DNA of 64,000 nucleotides from Cyanophora paradoxa CCMP329 (taxonomy: Eukaryota; Plantae; Glaucophyta), in assembly GCA_004431415.1 (NCBI GenBank), contig QPMI01000701.1:1-64000 (forward strand), given 5' to 3'. Made by a program: the position numbers and the translations under genes. Below, in pieces: positions 35,401-47,658 of the stretch. Below the pieces are notes generated by a model. The model was not told the DNA's origin and ran no database searches. It saw only the letters and a program-made list of their open reading frames with translations. Numbering within the stretch: position 1 is the stretch's first letter; every line of letters begins with the position of its first letter.

Positions 35401-37802
35401 CGGCGACCCCACCCGCCTCAAGCAGATCCTCCTCGTGCGCCCCCGCACCCCCCGGCCCCGCCCCCGCACCCCGCCCCCGAACTCGCCCCGCCGCGGGCGC
35501 AGAACTTGTTGTCGAATGCGGCGAAATTCACGGCCAAGGGGGGGATCACGCTCCGGTGCGAGCTGGCGCCCGAGCCCCAAGGAGGCGGGGGCGGAGAGGA
35601 GCCCGAGGGGCCCCACGTGGCGACGCCCCCGCCCCTGCTCGGCGCGCCCCTCGGCCCCGACGACCTCCAGCTGCTCTTCGTGCGCCCCGCCGCCCCGCCC
35701 CGCCCCGCCCCTCCGAGCCAGCGGGGCAGCACGTCACGGACTCGGGGATCGGGGTTTCGCCGGAGGGGATGGAGCGCCTCTTCATCCCCTTCTCCCAGGT
35801 CGACGCCTCCATCACCCGGTGCCCCCGCCCCGAGGCCGCCCCCGCTGCCGGCCCCCCCCTCCCCCTCCTCCAGCCTGACGGGCGCGCGGCGGGCAGGCAA
35901 TTCGGGGGCACGGGCCTGGGCCTAGCGATCAGCCGGAAGCTGTGCGAGGGGATGCGGGGCCGCATCTGGGCGACGAGCCGGGCCGGGGAGGGCACGACCT
36001 TCTCCTTCTACATCGTCGTGCAGCGCGCCCCGGCGCCCTTGTCCCGCCCGCACCCCTCCTCCCGCCGCGCCTCCCTCGCCCCCGTGGCGCCGGCGGGGAC
36101 GAGCCCGAGCTCGAGCCGGGCCCCCTCGGGCGAGCTCTCCGGCGCCTCCAGCCGGGGCACGAGCGAGGGCGGCGAGGGGGACGAGGAGGCGGCGCGCGGG
36201 CGGCGGGTGGCGGTGGCGAGCGCGTGCGCGGTGGAGCGGCGCTTCTTCGAGGTGGAGCTGGGGCGGGCGGGGGCGGCGTGCTTCGCGGCGGCGAGCCTCG
36301 AGGAGGCGCTCGCGGCCGCCGCGGGGCCCGTCGACCTCGTCGTCCTCGACTCCCCGGGGCCCCCGAGGCCGCCGCCCTCGCCCAGCTCCCCGTCGCCCCC
36401 CCGCCCTCATCCTGCAGCCCCCCGGCCTCCCCCGCCCCTCCAAGTCGGCCGCCGGCCCCGCCGCCCTCTCCCGCCCGCTGCGGCGGGCGGCCCTCTTCCG
36501 GGCCATCAAGCGGGCGCTGCTGGCGCCGGAGCCCGGGGCGGGGATGCCGCGGAGCCAGCGCTCGCACTCGGCCCCCAACGCCCTCGACCCCGCCCTCGCC
36601 CTCGCCCGCCCCGGCCCCGGCTCCCTCGAGCACTCCCCGCCCCCTCCCGCCCCCTCCCGCGGCAGCTTCGACCGCGAGGAGGCCGCCCGCGTGGGGCAGG
36701 GCGGGCGGGGAGCCCCTTGGCGGGGGCGGGCGCCTCCGCGGGCCCCTCCTCCCCGCCATCGTCGCCCTCCCGACGTCGGCGACGCCGCCGCTGCGGCCGT
36801 CCCCCGCCCCGCCCCGCTGCCCCTCCACGACCACTTGCGCCCCCAGCCCGTCCTGCCCGCCCCGCCCCCGCCTCCCGCGGCGGCGGCGCCGGTCCTGGAG
36901 CTGGAGCCTGCGGAGGGGGGGGAGGAGGGAGAGGAGGAGGGGGCGGGGCCGCCGCCGCGCATCCTGGTGGCGGAGGACAACCTGGTGAACCAGAAGGTGG
37001 TGAGCCGCCTCCTCGCGGTCGTGCACGGCCTCCAGACCCTCCCCGGCCTCGTCTGCGTCCCCAACGGTGCGCCCGCCAGCGAGTGAGGGCCCCGCTCGGG
37101 GGGCCCCGCCGGGCGCGCCCCCGCGTGCGGCTCGGTGAGTGGGGTCGGGGCGGGGCCAGGGCTGGAGGCGGTGCGGGCGGTGAGCGGGGCGGGGCGGGGC
37201 GCTTCGACGTAGTCTTCATGGACCTCTCCATGCCGGTCATGTCCGTGCCCGCCGCCCCCCAGCTCGCCCGGGCCCGCCCCTCTCACCCCCGCCTCCCCCC
37301 CCCCCCCCCCCCCCCTTCCCCCCCGCAGGGACGGCCTCGCCGCCTCTGCCCGCATCCGCGCCGAGGTGCCCCCAGACCAGCAGCCGCACATCATCGCCCT
37401 CACGTGCCCCCGCCCCCGCCCTCCCCCCCGCCCCCGCCCGCCTGCCGGCCGGCGCTGAGGCTTGCGCTGGGCAGGGCGAACGTGAGCGAGGAGGACCGGC
37501 GGGCGTGCCTGGCGGCGGGCATGGACGGCTTCCTGCGCAAGCCCCTCCGCCTCGAGGAGCTCCGCGCCGCCCTCGACGCCTTCCACGCCGCCCGCCGCCC
37601 CGCACCCGGCCCACCGCCGCCCGCGCCTTCGCCCCCGCCCGCCCCCGCCGCCCCTGACCCCCTGCCCCGCCGCCTCCCGTCGGCTACCTCCTCTCCGGGG
37701 GCTTCCCAGCCCCTCTGTCCTCCACGCTCCACGCTCACTGCTCTCCCCAGCTTTTCATTTGTTATCCTCACGTTGTGTCCATCAGCTTCTTATCTATACT
37801 AG
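32431..37802 (+). CDS. Ethylene-receptor-like hybrid histidine kinase (ethylene-binding domain, GAF, HisKA, HATPase, pseudo-REC, REC)
   Basis: YGHCL..I|WSDLVIAISYAWIP; FVAFIMACGSTHL; LKFITAVVSAATA; GAF-like region; SMSHEIRTPLNAVIG; NLLSNAAKFT; DSGIG; GGTGLGLAIS; AEDNLVNQKV; FMDLSMPVM|DG; FLRKP. The true stop may lie near 37657. Confidence 0.92.
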
Positions 37803-38123
37803 ATTATATGCATATATACAGCTATTCAAGTACAGAGTTTTTATCAGGTGAACAGCTAGCCATAGTAGCACAGTACGTACACGAATTGTTTTCAAAGCGC
37901 TCGATCGCGGGTGCGCATACTAGTACTTTTGCACATTCAGCGCTACTTGTCTATGCTTGCAATTGTACATGTGTCTGCAGCTGGCCTATATAGCGATATC
38001 GTTGAGCACGCATGCGGCATATGCATATATATGGCTCCCAGTACTAGTGTGCGCGCTGCTGCGCATCTGAGGCCCTGAGGCTTGAAGCCTCAAGGCTTGA
38101 GCCGATAAAGCCAAACCAAACCA

Positions 38124-39419
38124 ATGGCGGTGGCGCTGCGGGACGGCGAGCGGGCGCTCGACCTCTGGCCCGACGGGCCGCCCGTATCGCCCAAGGAATT
38201 CCTTCTCCAGCTGCCGCCCGGTCCGCCGCGCCGCTCGCCGCGATGCGGCCGAGCTGAGCCTCGCGGCCTGCAGGCCCGTACACGGTGATGCGCACCGCCC
38301 GATCGCGCCAGGCCATCTCCAGCTTCGAGTTCCACGTCGCTCGGCTCGGTGCGGTGCAGGCAGCGGGCGCTCGGCGCCGCGGGCTCAAGTTGGAGGCTAA
38401 CGCGGCCGCCAACGTGGCCTCTCGCGCGCGCGCCAGCGCACTCGGCCGTTCTGCTCGAACTGCTTCCGGGAGCGCGGGCAGAGGACGAGGCGCGTGTGGG
38501 GCGGGCGCTCGAGGGCCGCCTGCGCGCGCACGCGGCGGCGGCGGTGGAGGCCTTTGAGTGGCAGCACGCGCCGCCCGACGGCGAGGAGTGCATGCTCACC
38601 GTCCTGCTCGAGCGCCTTCCACAAGCTGGCGCCAGCGTCGCACCCGCGAGTCCGGAGGAGCAAGTGCGCCGCCCGCGCCTGCGTCCACGCGGCCCCCCGC
38701 TGAGCGCGGTCGGTGCGCCGGGCAGGCTGCGCGGCTGCGGCTGTGGACGCACGCGGCGGCGCTGCACTGCCTCCCGCCGGAGCGGCCCGTGGTTGTCGAG
38801 GTCTTCGGTCCCCCGCGGCGCCTCCCCACCGCCAAGGACTCGCGCTGGATCCGGTCCGACCCCCGCCCCCGCCCCTGTGGCGCGGGCGCTGAGGGGCGGG
38901 GCGGGGGCGGGGGCCAGGGAGCGGGCGGGGCTGGAGGCGAGGCGGGGCGCGGGGGCGGTGGAGGTCGTGCTGACGGACGGGGCGGGGGCGCTGCTCGAGG
39001 GCCTCGTCTCGAACCTCGTCGTCGTCCGCCGCGACGGCGCCCTCCAGGCCGCCTCCCGCGGCGTCCTCCCGGCCACGTCGCCGCCGCCGCCCTCCGCGCC
39101 GCCGCCGCCGCCCCGCCGCCCCGCCCCTCGACCCCACGCCCCGCGCCTCGCCGAGCGCGCGCAGTGGGCCGAGGCCTTCCTGTGCAGTGCGCCCGCCCGC
39201 CCGCCCGCCCGCCCGTGCGCCCGACGGCGGCACGCGGCGAGCGGGGCGGCAGGCACGGCGCGGGAGGCGGTGCCGGTGGGGGAGATGCGGGTGCGGGAGG
39301 GCCCCGGGGCGGGGGAGAGCGTGCGGCTCGAGGCCCCGGGGCCCGTCACGCGCCGCGTCCAGGCCCTCCTCCGCGACGCCCTCCGCCGTGACGCCGCGCC
39401 CTTCCGCCAGCCCCCCTGA
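38124..39419 (+). CDS. PLP-dependent class IV aminotransferase-like protein
   Basis: PYTVMRT, FEFHVARL, AKDSRWIR (candidate PLP lysine), EVVL..LLEGLVSN, GVLP and WAEAFLCS. Confidence 0.8.
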
Positions 39420-39508
39420 GCGCAATCCCCACGTGCATTTGCCCACGTGCATTCACTGTGTACAGCCAAAGCGCAAGCCCGGGGGCGAGCGGGGGCGCGG
39501 GCGCGGGG

Positions 39509-41450
39509 CTACAGGACGGAAGCGAGGTGCCAGTCGGCGTCCGCCTCGGCGAGCGCCCCGCCCTCGAAGAGGTACAGCGCGTACCCCTCCCCGGCGGCGT
39601 GCCCCTCCCCGGCGGCGTGCCCCTCGCCGGCCTCTGCGGCCGCGTCGCCGTCGCCCTCGAAGGTCTGCGGGGCCTCCGCCTGGTACGCCACGAACTGCGC
39701 GGCCCACGCGGCGCGCCCCTCAGCTCGCGAGCAGGGGAAGCAAAGCAGACCGGCCGGGGGACCTGGTCGGCGTCGAGCAAGTTGGCGGGTTTCGAGAGGA
39801 CCGTCACCGTTGCGTCGACCTTCACCGCCGCCGGCGTCGCGTTGGCGGCCGCCGGCGTCGCATTGGCGGCCGCCGGCGTCGCGTTGGCGGCCGCCGGCGT
39901 CGCGTTGGCGGCCGCCGGCGTCGCGTTGGCGGCCGCCGGCGTCGCGTTGGCGGCCGCCGGCGTCGCGTTGGCGGCCGCCGGCGTCGCGTTGGCGGCCGCC
40001 GGCGTCGCGTTGGCGGCCGCCGGCGTCGCGTTGGCGGCCGCCGGCGTTGCGGCGGTGGCCGGCGCCGGGGTCGCGAGAACGATCAAGGGTTTGATGGGCG
40101 GCGGGGCCTGTGCCGCTGGCGGGGCCGGTGCGGGGATGACGACAGCCGCGGGCTTCGCCGGGGCGGCCTCCTTGATGGGGGCGGCGGCCTTGGCGGGTCC
40201 CTTCGAAGCGGCCTTGGCGGCTCCCTTTGCGGCCTTTGCGGCGGCCTTGCACGCCTCGGCGTCGTACTTGAGCTCAGCGGCCGGCACCGGCACGCCTGCG
40301 ACCGCGAGGGGCCGTCAGGGCGGGGGCCGGGAGGCGGGCGGGACGGGCGGGGCGGGCCCTTGAAGAGGGAGCGGGGGTCGTGCTTGGCCTCGGCGCGGAC
40401 GCGGTTCTCGCTGATCGCCTCGCACTTGCCCTTGTAGACGCCCCGCACGAGCTGCTCGTTCTCCTCCGCCGCCGCCGGGTTCCCCGCCGACTCCACCTGG
40501 AAGTCCCCTGCGAGCCGCCCCCCCGGGCGAGCTCAGCGGCGGCGGGGGGCGGGGGCCGGGGGGCGCACCTCTGAGATTGTGGAGAGCGTGGATGAGCTCG
40601 TGGGCGAGGCCGACGAAGGGCTCGTGCGAGTCGGCGGTGCCGGTGTGGCACGTCGGGTCGTACTCGATGGTCGTCTCCTTCGGCTGCCCCGCCTGCACCC
40701 CCTCGTACGCCGTTGTCTTCGCCGCCCCGTGCTTCGGTACGATCACCACTGCCCCCCCGCGCCCCGCGCCCCGTCACCCCCGCCCCGCCCCCCGCGCCCG
40801 GCCGCCCGGGCCGCGCACCCGGCTTGTTCAGCTTCAGAGCGATCCGATCGACCTCCTTGATGAGCTTCTTCCCCGTCGCTGCGCGCGCGAGAGAGAGAGC
40901 GCGCTCCTCAGCCGCGGGGGCGGCCGGGGAGGGCGAAGGCGGGCCGGCGGCGCACGGCCCGTGCTCTTGAGCTTCATCAGGTCCGAGCAGGTCATCGACT
41001 TGAAGCTGCCGGCGCCATCAGGGCCTCGTCGCGGCTCCCAGCGGCCTTCGCCGGGGCTTACACAGTGCACTTTGCCTTGGAGATGGAGCCGGCCGGGCAC
41101 TTCAGCAGGATGCCCTTGTTCTTCTGCTGCTCGACCTTGAAGCCGAGCTTCCCTGCGCGCCCCGCCACCATCAGCCGACGTCAACCGCCGATCTCAATCG
41201 CAGGTTGGCGGAGGCCGCGGGCGCGGTGGCGGAGGGTCGGCCGGTTCACTGGTCTTTGCCATCCCCAGCTCCGCTGGGGCAGCGGGCGACGCGCACCGAG
41301 GAAGCCCGGCTTCGGGACTCTGTAGCTGCAGGGCGTCGGCACTGCATCGTTGGCGTCGGCCATCGGCGCGTTCGGCTCATCCTTCACGGCAAACGCGAGC
41401 TCCTTGTCACCCCGCGTCGGCTCCCGGTGGAACCACTTAAGCAGGCCCAT
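39509..41450 (-). CDS. HExxH zinc metalloprotease, M91/NleD-effector-like, with Ala/Thr/Pro repeat tail
   Basis: ST|ATGKKLIKEV, TIEYDP, FVGLAHELIHALHNLRG, EENEQLVRG and ISENRVRAE. Exon phases are consistent from MGLLKWF at 41450. Confidence 0.7.
39830..40047. repeat. 21-bp coding minisatellite, 10 copies, encoding (AAANATP)n on the minus strand
   Basis: gccggcgtcgcgttggcggcc repeated; one copy has a silent variant. Confidence 0.95.
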
Positions 41451-41921
41451 CACGGCGGGCTGCAAACTCCAGGCGTCGGTCGCTCCAAGAATCGGAGCTC
41501 CGTGCTGGTGAAAGCGGGTGCAGGTACGTTTGTATCAAGTTAGCGCGCCTCTGTAGCTGGAGATCCCCCGGCGGCGAGAACACTAGCGCGGTAGCGCAGC
41601 CGCTCACCTCGCGCGCGTACCCCCCGATCCAGCTGGATCAAATCTTAACCGCCACCGAACCGTTGACGTGCGCTTAAGCTTCGGGCGCTCAGCGCGGCTG
41701 TTATTTGAGCTCGAGTTAGCCGCAAGGTACAAGCTCGAGCCGCCGCGCCGCCGCCCGCGACCCCGGCCCGGAGGAGAGGATCAGCGGTAGCTAAAGCTCA
41801 TGATCATGATCAAGCGCTAGTGCCGCGCCCCGGTCCCGGGCTCCGCAAGCTGCCGATCCAGGCGCATGAACTAATGCGCGTAAACTAGTACTATGGACTA
41901 GTACTATCAGGCTAGTATCAG

Positions 41922-44900
41922 CTATCGCCCCTGAGCGTCCACGGCGTAGAAAATGGGGCTTATCCGGGCCGCCGCCAGCACCTCGGCCACCGTCGTCACG
42001 CGGTTGAAGTCCTTGTCCCAGAGCTGCGGGCGGGAGGCGGTGAGGGGAAGGAGGGGCGGGGGCGGGGCCGGGGCCGGGGGGCGGGCGGGCCTCGACGAGG
42101 TGGACGCCGAAGTGGCGGGAGGCGTCGAGGAGGAGGGCGCCCACGTCGCCCCCGAAGCGCATCCCCCGCGTGCGCGTCTCCCCCGACTGCGGCAGCCGCC
42201 GCACGTTCAGCAGCGACGCCGTCTCCCCCGCCCACCCCGCCGCCCCCTGCAGCTGCCCCTCCTGCGCCTGCGCCTGCTGCTGCTGCTGCGCCCAGGCGGC
42301 GGCGGGGTGCGAGAAGGCGGCCCCCCCGAAGCAGGCGTACATCATCGCCTGCTGCGCCATCGCCGGGTGGCACATGACGGGCGCCATCCCGTACTGCGCC
42401 GCCGCCCCGTAGGGCGCCCCGCCGCCGCGCCCGCCCAGCCGCCCGCGCCCCGCATCGCCGCCGCATACTGCGCCTGCGCCTGCGCCGCCTGCGCCTGCGC
42501 CGCGGCCTGGGCCTGGGCCTGCGCTGCGGCCTGGGCCTGGGCCGCGGCGAAGGCCTGGGCCTGAGCCTGGGCGGAAATGGAGGAGGAGGAGGGGTCGAAG
42601 GAGGGCCGAGGAGCGCCCTCGGGGCGGCGGGGCGGGGGGCGGCGAGGCCGACCCCGACGAGGCCCCCCTTGGTCCTCCCCCTCCTCCACCTCCTCCCCTC
42701 CCCGCCGCTGCTCGCCCCTCGCTCTGCCGGCCCCCGGCCCGTCCGCGGCTGCGCGAGCGGAGGGGGCGCGGGGGCGGGGGCGGACCTGGCAGGAGCGGGA
42801 GCGGGGCCGGCGGGGGGGCGGCGGGAGCATGCGGCGGCGGAGACGTTGACGGCGAAGCCGAAGCGGGCGAGGAAGGCGCGGACGCGCTGGCGCCCCTCGG
42901 GGCTCTCCTGCGCGGGGTCCTGCACCCCGACCGCCGCCCGCTCCCCGGGCCCAAAGAGCGCCCGGTAGAAGGGCTGCTGCTCGTAGTCTGCGCCCCGCGC
43001 CCCGCCGCGGTGAGCCCCCGCCCCGCCCCCGACCCGCGAGGCCGGCACCCTCGAGGCGGTAGCACAGGCCGCGGCGGCTCGCCTCCTCGGGCCCCAGCGC
43101 TGCCGCCCCGCTCAGAGAGGCCGGGCGGGGCGCGCGGCCGGCGCACCGGCGATGAAGAGCGCGTCGCGCGTGCGGCGCGCAGCGAAGAGGCGCACGCCGT
43201 GCCGCAGGCCCATGCTCAGCTGCGCGGCGCTCGCGGGGCTGCGGCGCAGGCGGGGGGCGGGGCGGGGGCACGTTGGAGGTGCCCCAGTTGGTGCGGATGA
43301 AGAAGCGGGGGGGCTTGCAGGGGACGCAGTAGACGTGCGGGGGCAGGAGCTCGCACTCCTCGAGGGGCACGTTCTCCGCCGCCTCCTCGTCCGCCTCGGG
43401 CGGCTGCCCCTGCTGCAGCGCCGCCCGCCGCGCCTCGCTGGGGGCGAGCGCGAAGCAGTCGCAGCGGGCGAGGAGCCAGTCGAGGAGGCGCTTGGCGGCC
43501 GCCTGCGTGCCGGGGACGGGGTCGTGGACGCCGACGGCCGCCGCCGGCCCCTGCTCCCCGAAGAGCTCCCGGTAGAAGCCCTCCCCCGCGTACTCTGCCG
43601 CCCCCGCCCCCTCACCGCCCCGCCCTCCCCGCCCCGGCGCGAGGCGGGGCGGGCACCCCAGAGGGGGAAGCAGAGGCCCGGGCGGGTGGCGGCGGCGGCC
43701 CCGAAGAGGGCGATCGCGAGGCGGTCGCGGGCCCGGGAGAGGGCATCCGCCGCGCCCCCCGTCCTCCGCACCCGCACCCGCACCTGCGGCCCCGGGGCGC
43801 GTCAGCGGGGGGAGGGGGCGGGGGGGCGGGGGGGAGCCGGCCTCGACGTCGCCCCAGGTGAAGGCGACCTCGTAGGAGAGCTCGCCGAGGCCCGAGCAGC
43901 GCGACGCCGGCAGCTCCTCCACGTCCGGCGGCAGCCCCGCCCCCGCCCCGCCCCCGCCCCCTCGCCACCCGCACCCGCGCAGCCGGCCCCCGCCGCGGCG
44001 CCGGCGGCGAGGCAGGGGCGGCGGGAGCGGTGCCCGGGGGGCGGGGGAGGGGAGGGAGGGCGCCGAGGGAGCGGAGGAAGGCGCGGAGGCGGCGGCGGGC
44101 GGGGCGGGTGCCTGGGTGGGGGTCGCGGAGGCCGACGGCGGGGGTGTGTGCGGGGCCGAAGAGGGCGCGGTAGAAGGGCTCGCGCTCGTACTCGAGCGGC
44201 TCGAAGGAGAGGTCGTGCTGCAGCGCGTCCGCGGGGCCGTGCAGCGCCAGCAGCGCCCGGTCCCGCCACTGCATGAACGCCTGCGCCTCCGTGCCCCGCC
44301 CGAGGGCGGCCCGGAAGGGCGCCCCGCCCCACTCCAGGTCCAGGTGGTCCACCCCCTCCGGCGAGATCGCCCACTGCGGGAGCGGCCCCGCCCGCCACTC
44401 CTCCGCCCCCTCCCCCTCGCTCCCCTCCCCCGGGGCCCCCGCCGGGGCCGCCCGCGCCTCCTCCCGCTCCTCCTTGGGGGCCACGGCGGGGGCCTCCTGC
44501 GGGAAGCGCTGGGCCTCGGGCGGGGCGGGGCGGGTTGAGAAGGAGGACGGACCTGGAGGGCGCCGACGGCGCGGAGGTACTCGACGAGGCGCCAGCGGCC
44601 GGGCAGCGTGCCGGGCTCGGGGTCGTGCACGCCGACCCGGGGCGGCTCCGCCGAGGCGAAGAGCTCCCGGTAGAAGCGCTCCCCCGCGTACTCTGCGCCG
44701 CCCCTCAGAGGCGGCCCCGCCGCCGCGCACGGGCCGCGCGCTGGCGCGCGCCCTCGAGCGGGTGCTCCAAGCGCGAGGCCGCCTCCGCCGGGCCGAGGCA
44801 GGCGATGATCACCCGGTCCCGCTCCCGCCCCGCCCCCTGCCGCCCCCCGTCGCACCAGCCGGCCCCAGAGCGAGCGCCGCCGCGCCGCGCCGCGCACATC

Positions 44901-45600
44901 GACGCCGCACTGGAGGGGGACGATGAACTGCGGGGCGCGTCGGGCGGGACGGGGCGGGGCGGGGCGGGGCGGAGGGGGCCGGGGGCGCGCGGGCGCACGT
45001 TGGCGCGGCGCCACTTGAGCTGGACGTAGTAGTGGCTCCCCGAGTAGAAGAGGCACCGCGGCAGGAGGTTCCCCCGCTCGTCCACGCACCGGCTGCGGCC
45101 CCCCGCCTGCGCCGCGCCCCCCGCTTGCGCCGCGCCCCCCGTATGCGCCGCGCCCCGGAGCGATCGCCAGCGCGCCCGGGCACCTCAGAGGCGGCATCCG
45201 CCTTCTTCCGCGGGCGCCCCCTTCCCCTTCTGCGCGGCATCCCCTTCCCCTTGGCCTCCTCCTCCTCCTCCTCCTCCTCCTCCTCGTCCTCCTCCTCCTC
45301 GTCCTCCTCGTCCTCGTCCGCCCCGTCCGCCTCCTCCCGCTCCTGCCCCCCCGCTTCCGCCTCCGCTTCCGCCTCCTCTCTCCGGAGCGCAGCCATTCCG
45401 GTCATTTCCTCGCGACGCACAGCTCCGGCCTGGAAGGGTGCATCCGTGAGCGCGCGCTGCGGAAGCGGTCGGCGCAGAAGCGAAGGTGGCACGGACCGCG
45501 TCGTCCGTCTCGTCGGCATCCCCTTTCGACGCCTCGCTTCCCTGCTCGGAATTCAGCGGAACGCCGCCGTTACATCACCGCCCCAACTCACTTTCTTCAT
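41922..45600 (-). CDS. Putative transcription factor: acidic tract, AT-hook, four divergent AP2-like repeats, Q/A-rich region; start uncertain
   Basis: RRRGRGRPRKK. Four repeats of LP..W..RDR..IAL.G..Y..E.FYR.LF..VG..DP.PG...RL..FL...G. Confidence 0.6.
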
Positions 45601-46018
45601 CGTCGGTTCGGGCGGCGCGGGCGCAGGCTCCTCCTCATGACCGCGCCGCACCCGCTTTGCCGAGCTGCGAAACTCCTCTGCGCGGCTAATAGCGTTGGGG
45701 GCCGCCACACAGAGCGGCGGAGCGCTTCTGCGGACCGTCTTTGGAACCGACTTCGTCGTCTTCGTCAGAGGGTTGATCGGCGCCGGCCGTTGGCACGCTG
45801 CTGTCGATCATGAAGTTGCAGCACTTAGCCGTCGAGCCTCCGGGATCCAGCGCCGAACCAACAGGCTGTGTGCGGGTGTACCCCGCCCCGCCGATCGAAT
45901 TCTAAATTCCGGCTTCACCGCCCTTGAACACCGGCGGAAAGCGCTTGGAGCGATTTGCTTGGTGGAACTCCGACGAAGCACAACTGAGCGAACCCTCGGT
46001 ATCATTTGCCGGGCTCAA

Positions 46019-47233
46019 ATGCCGCCGAGGCCGCGAACGTGCGCGGCTTGCTTTTTGTCGCTCTACGACGCATGCGGACTGGCGCTCTTCCTCCTCCGGA
46101 CTGCGACGTTCAAGAAAACTTTGCCCAGGCCAGGTAGACGGCGATGCGCGCCCCGCCGTGTGCTGGCCCGACACGCAACCGCAGTTGCGAGCTTTGACGA
46201 CGCCACGCTCTCTCGAATCCGCGCAAGGCTGGCCGCCAGGCCACCCCGGCGCCTTCACCGGGAGCCCGATTGCGCCGTGCTTGTGCCCCTCGTGACAGTT
46301 GGACGAGAGAAAGAGCCGGCGCTTCTCTTCACGAGACGGCCTGTCAAGCTGCGCTCTCACGCCGGCCAGGTGATCCGGGCCCCCGAAAGCCGCGCCGGCG
46401 GGGCGCCCCCTCGAAGCGCCTCGAGCTCACACGCAAGCGCGCGCACAGGTCTGCTTCCCCGGTGGCCGGGTGCGCGAGCGAGGCGGCTCTCGCGCAGGGC
46501 TCGCGGGGCGCGCCTGCTGAGCCGGCGGGCGGGGCGGGGCGTGCAGCGAGACGCGGAGGACGGGTCGCTGGAAGAGTGCGCGCTGCGGGAGCTGGAGGAG
46601 GAGGTGGGCGTGCCCCGCGCCCGCGTGCAGCTCCTCGGCGCCTTCCACGCCTGCATGACCCTCGGTGGTCGCCCCCGCCCCGGCCCCGCCCCGCCCCGCG
46701 CCCCTCCCGCCTGGCGCTGACGCGGGGCGGCGGGGCAGGCTCGGGGCACGTGGTGAGCCCCGTGCTGGGCTGGCTCGGCGCCTTCGAGGACCTCAAGATC
46801 GCCCCCTCGCCCGACGAGGTGCACCCCCCGCCCCCCTCACCCTTTACCCCCCCCCCCCCGACCGGGGTACGGTGGGCAGGTGGACGCGGTCTTCGCGACG
46901 CGGCTGTGCGACCTGGCGGACCCCGCCTTCACCCTGCCCCCGACCCTCGCCTCCGCCGACGGGCCCGTCTTCAGGGCCCCGCCCCGGTGCCTCCGACCCG
47001 CCCGCGCCCGCCGTCGCCCTCTCATCCCGCCCGCCCTCCCGCGCGGAGCGCCAGAGCCGGCTCGCCAGAGGGCGCCGCAACGCCCATCTGGGGAATGGCG
47101 CGCCCTGCCCTCCCCCCGCGCCCCGCGCGCGGCGGGGCTGACGTGGGGGCGGCAGACGGCGCGGCTGACCTGGGAGGTGCTTGACGGCGTCCTCTCCGAT
47201 CCCGACGACCCCACCGCCCCCCGCACAGATTAG
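46019..47233 (+). CDS. Nudix hydrolase, CoA-pyrophosphatase subfamily (NUDT7/8-like)
   Basis: AVLVPL, LLFTRR..LRSHAGQ|VCFPGG, ALRELEEEVG, VVSPVLG, SPDEV|DAVF and IWGM|TA. Confidence 0.92.
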
Positions 47234-47658
47234 CCCGCCCCGAGGGCCCCAGCTCCCCGGCGTCCCTCTCCTCCCGCCATCGTGCTCGGATCTTGTGTTC
47301 GTTTTCGTCACATGAACTGTACTTGATTCGTGGCCCCTCGACTTGTCTGCTGTACACCTCAAGCCGGCGCCATGCCCGCCGCCCCTCTCTCGGCCACGAG
47401 CCAGCTGGAGCAAACGGGGCGGGAATAATGAAGTACGCATTCGATTCACATAGTCTTACAACAACAGCAGCATCATGTCTGCACAGGCTCTCAAAATTGG
47501 TCATAAATACGCTTCATAACTAAAACTAGGGCAAGTGTTATGCAGGCACGCCCGGATCCCGTCTACCCAAGCTGCCGAGGGAGGAGCCTAGAGGCAACAT
47601 GAAACTGAACTGCACAGGAGAGCGCGGCGGCGCGCGCCGGCCGGCCGCGAGGAGAGGT

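Noticed and set aside
38124-39419. Class IV aminotransferase as a D-amino-acid supplier for the mur genes
   Set aside because: No transit peptide is visible and substrate cannot be inferred; proximity alone is weak evidence.
39830-40047. CRISPR-like array (also 50826-50980)
   Set aside because: Head-to-tail 21-bp repeats with no spacers, in frame within coding exons.
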